This document shows, one piece after another, positions 61,766 to 64,000 of a stretch of DNA of 64,000 nt. A program made the position numbers and the translations under genes. The DNA is from an uncultured delta proteobacterium (GTDB taxonomy: Bacteria > Desulfobacterota > Desulfobacteria > Desulfobacterales > SG8-13), in contig CAWKCK010000001.1 in assembly GCA_963848135.1 (NCBI GenBank), positions 1 to 64,000 on the forward strand, in the 5' to 3' direction. The notes beneath the pieces are model-generated. The model did no database searches, was not told the origin of the DNA, and worked only from the letters and a program-made list of their open reading frames with translations. The stretch's first letter is position 1. Each line of letters starts with the position of its first letter.

Positions 61766-64000
61766 ATGGCAGCCAAATTCGAATTGTTACCTGAAGACCT
61801 GCGGTGCGCATGTGATCCGGCGATTTTTAAATTCAAGGATACATCGGAGATCGAACCACTGGACGAAGTCATCGGACAGCAGCGTGCGGTTCAGGCCATC
61901 CGATTCGGACTGGCCATGAAGAGCTCCGGATACAATATCTATGTCACCGGTCAGGAGGGCACCGGCAAATCCACGATCGTCAATGACATCATAAAGCTTC
62001 AGGCTGCAGAATTGGATACACCCGGCGATTGGTGTATGGTCAATAACTTCAAGGACGTGTATCGGCCCAAGGCGATCATGCTTCCGGCCGGTAACACGTT
62101 CAAGTTCAGCCGGCGTATGAACCGGTTCATCGAAGATCTTCAGATCCGGCTGCCGAAAGAGTTCGAGGGCAAATCTTACCAGGACAAATTGGCCGAAATC
62201 AAGAACCGTCTGTCCGTCCAGAAGCAGGAGCATTTCGAGCGGCTCAATCAGTTGGCAAAGAGTAAAAACCTGGTGATTCATCGCTCGACGTCGGGGTATC
62301 AGACCATACCGGCCGATGGAGACAAACCGATGGCGCCGGAGGACTTCGCTAAACTGCCCAATGAAAAGCAGAAAGCCATAGAGGAGACTGCCAAGGGACT
62401 TCAGTCCGAGATAACCAATACCCTGAGAGACGTCGGCAAGATAAACTATGCCGGACAAAAAGAGATCGAAAAGCTCATGGCTGATGTCGCCCTCTTCGTT
62501 GTGGAGGAAAGACTCGATCTGATCCGAGAGGACTACACTGACTTCAAGGAAGTAGTGAATTATCTGGACGAAGTTCAATCAAATATCGTTGAAAACGTCG
62601 AAGACTTTCTCAAACCGGCCGAAAGTCCCGGGCCGGCCGCTGACGGCCCGACGCCCATGGGAACGGGCTCGACCTTCAAACAGTACCAGGTAAACATTCT
62701 GGCCGACCGCAAGTCGCTCAAAGGGGCTCCGGTCGTTTTCGAACCCAATCCGACCTACATGAACGTTTTCGGTCAAATCGAAAAGCGGGCCTTTATGGGG
62801 GCCATTACGACCGATTTTACGATGGTCCAGGCCGGTTCACTGTTGCAGGCCAATGGCGGGTTTCTCATTATGGAAATTGAGTCGGTATTGATGAACCCGA
62901 TGGTATGGGACGCCTTGAAAAGGGCGCTGCAGAACAAGCAACTGTCCATCGAAGACCCGCCCAACGCCATCGGTTACAGTTCCGGAACGCTCAGACCGCA
63001 GCCGATTCCTCTGGAAGTTAAGGTTATACTGTTGGGCAACTACCAGACGTTTCAGATGCTTCAGAATTTCGACTCTAAATTCAACAAGATCTTCAATGTG
63101 CGCGCCGATTTCGATTATGAAACCGAACGATCACCGGAGACGATGCAACAGTATGCGCGTTTTATCGCCCGGGTATGCACCGAAGAAAAATTAAGGCCTT
63201 TTGCGCCCGAAGCCGTTGCCGCTATCGTCGAATACGGTGAAAAATTTATCGCCAGTAAAAAGAAGTTGTCTCTGCGTTTCGGACAGATCGTAAACATTAT
63301 CAAGGAGGCCGATCATTGGGCCGGTCAGGATGGCGAGGCCACGGTTGTGACCGAGACCCACATCATCAAGGCATTTAACGAACACCGGTTTCGCTACAAT
63401 CTCTATGAAGAAAAAATGCAGGAGTCTTATGTTGATGACACCATTATGATCGACGTGAGTGGAGAGGTTGCCGGTCAGGTCAATGCTCTGGCCGTATATC
63501 AGATGGGAGACTTCTTTTTCGGCCGTCCGTCCCGGATCACGGCCGAAACGTTTATGGGGAAAAACGGCGTGATAAACATCGAGCGCGAGGCCCGGCTCAG
63601 CGGCAGTACCCATGACAAGGGCGTGCTGATCCTGTCGGGATACCTTGGGCGTACATTTGCCCAGAAATTTCCTCTCAACCTATCAATCAGCATCACTTTC
63701 GAGCAGAATTACAGTGGTATTGACGGCGACAGTGCGTCATCGACGGAGCTGTACGCGATCCTGTCCAGTCTGTCCGGAATGCCCATTCGCCAGGGCATCG
63801 CGGTAACAGGGTCCGTCAACCAGAAAGGCCGGGTGCAGGCCATCGGCGGCGTCAATTATAAAATTGAGGGTTTTTTTGATGTCTGTGAGGCCAAGGGTTT
63901 GAACGGAAAACAAGGTGTCATTATACCACAGGCCAACGTCCAAAACCTGATGTTGAAGCGCGAGGTTATCGACGCGGTTCAACGCGGGCAGTTTCACATT
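61766..64000 (+). CDS. Lon-like (S16) ATP-dependent protease, partial (runs off window; absent from ORF track)
   Basis: IGQQRA, Walker A GQEGTGKST, ANGGFL, GQVNAL, DGDSAS catalytic Ser, IGGVNYKIEGF. Confidence 0.92.
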   Translation, partial: MAAKFELLPEDLRCACDPAIFKFKDTSEIEPLDEVIGQQRAVQAIRFGLAMKSSGYNIYVTGQEGTGKSTIVNDIIKLQAAELDTPGDWCMVNNFKDVYRPKAIMLPAGNTFKFSRRMNRFIEDLQIRLPKEFEGKSYQDKLAEIKNRLSVQKQEHFERLNQLAKSKNLVIHRSTSGYQTIPADGDKPMAPEDFAKLPNEKQKAIEETAKGLQSEITNTLRDVGKINYAGQKEIEKLMADVALFVVEERLDLIREDYTDFKEVVNYLDEVQSNIVENVEDFLKPAESPGPAADGPTPMGTGSTFKQYQVNILADRKSLKGAPVVFEPNPTYMNVFGQIEKRAFMGAITTDFTMVQAGSLLQANGGFLIMEIESVLMNPMVWDALKRALQNKQLSIEDPPNAIGYSSGTLRPQPIPLEVKVILLGNYQTFQMLQNFDSKFNKIFNVRADFDYETERSPETMQQYARFIARVCTEEKLRPFAPEAVAAIVEYGEKFIASKKKLSLRFGQIVNIIKEADHWAGQDGEATVVTETHIIKAFNEHRFRYNLYEEKMQESYVDDTIMIDVSGEVAGQVNALAVYQMGDFFFGRPSRITAETFMGKNGVINIEREARLSGSTHDKGVLILSGYLGRTFAQKFPLNLSISITFEQNYSGIDGDSASSTELYAILSSLSGMPIRQGIAVTGSVNQKGRVQAIGGVNYKIEGFFDVCEAKGLNGKQGVIIPQANVQNLMLKREVIDAVQRGQFHI

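Noticed and set aside
61787..63997. Several minus-strand ORFs at the window end
   Set aside because: Shadows of the plus-strand Lon-like protease, which lacks a stop within the window
1..64000. CRISPR array, tRNA, rRNA, transposase or integrase
   Set aside because: No regularly spaced repeats or recognisable signatures found by eye; tRNAscan-SE and Infernal were not run

Overview
Bacterial chromosomal window. Gene content and repeat families suggest an anaerobic Desulfobacterota (Desulfobacterales-like) genome; this is inference. Many genes, including fumC and trpS, are broken by single-base indels, most likely uncorrected long-read errors. Blocks: (1) 0-13.5 kb GC3-rich sulfatase island with two arylsulfatases, a chimeric remnant of a third, exported proteins, two outer-membrane barrels and a patatin. 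(2) 13.8-31.3 kb mixed housekeeping and regulatory genes. (3) 31.5-44.4 kb IclR-linked catabolic cluster with two phenylacetate-CoA-ligase-family enzymes, a TRAP transporter and two acetylene-hydratase-clade Mo/W-bisPGD enzymes, each with a 4Fe-4S subunit. (4) 44.7-49.2 kb region with small genes below the ORF-track cutoff: a stand-alone 28-codon ORF with four in-frame TGA codons (candidate multi-selenocysteine peptide, top finding), ribosomal protein bTHX and a symmetric six-Cys peptide. (5) 49.4-56.9 kb GntR-linked sugar-acid cluster with otnK/otnC. (6) Housekeeping tail ending in a Lon-like protease. Several MITE-like elements and a 32-bp palindrome family are dispersed throughout. No rRNA, tRNA, CRISPR array or transposase was seen.
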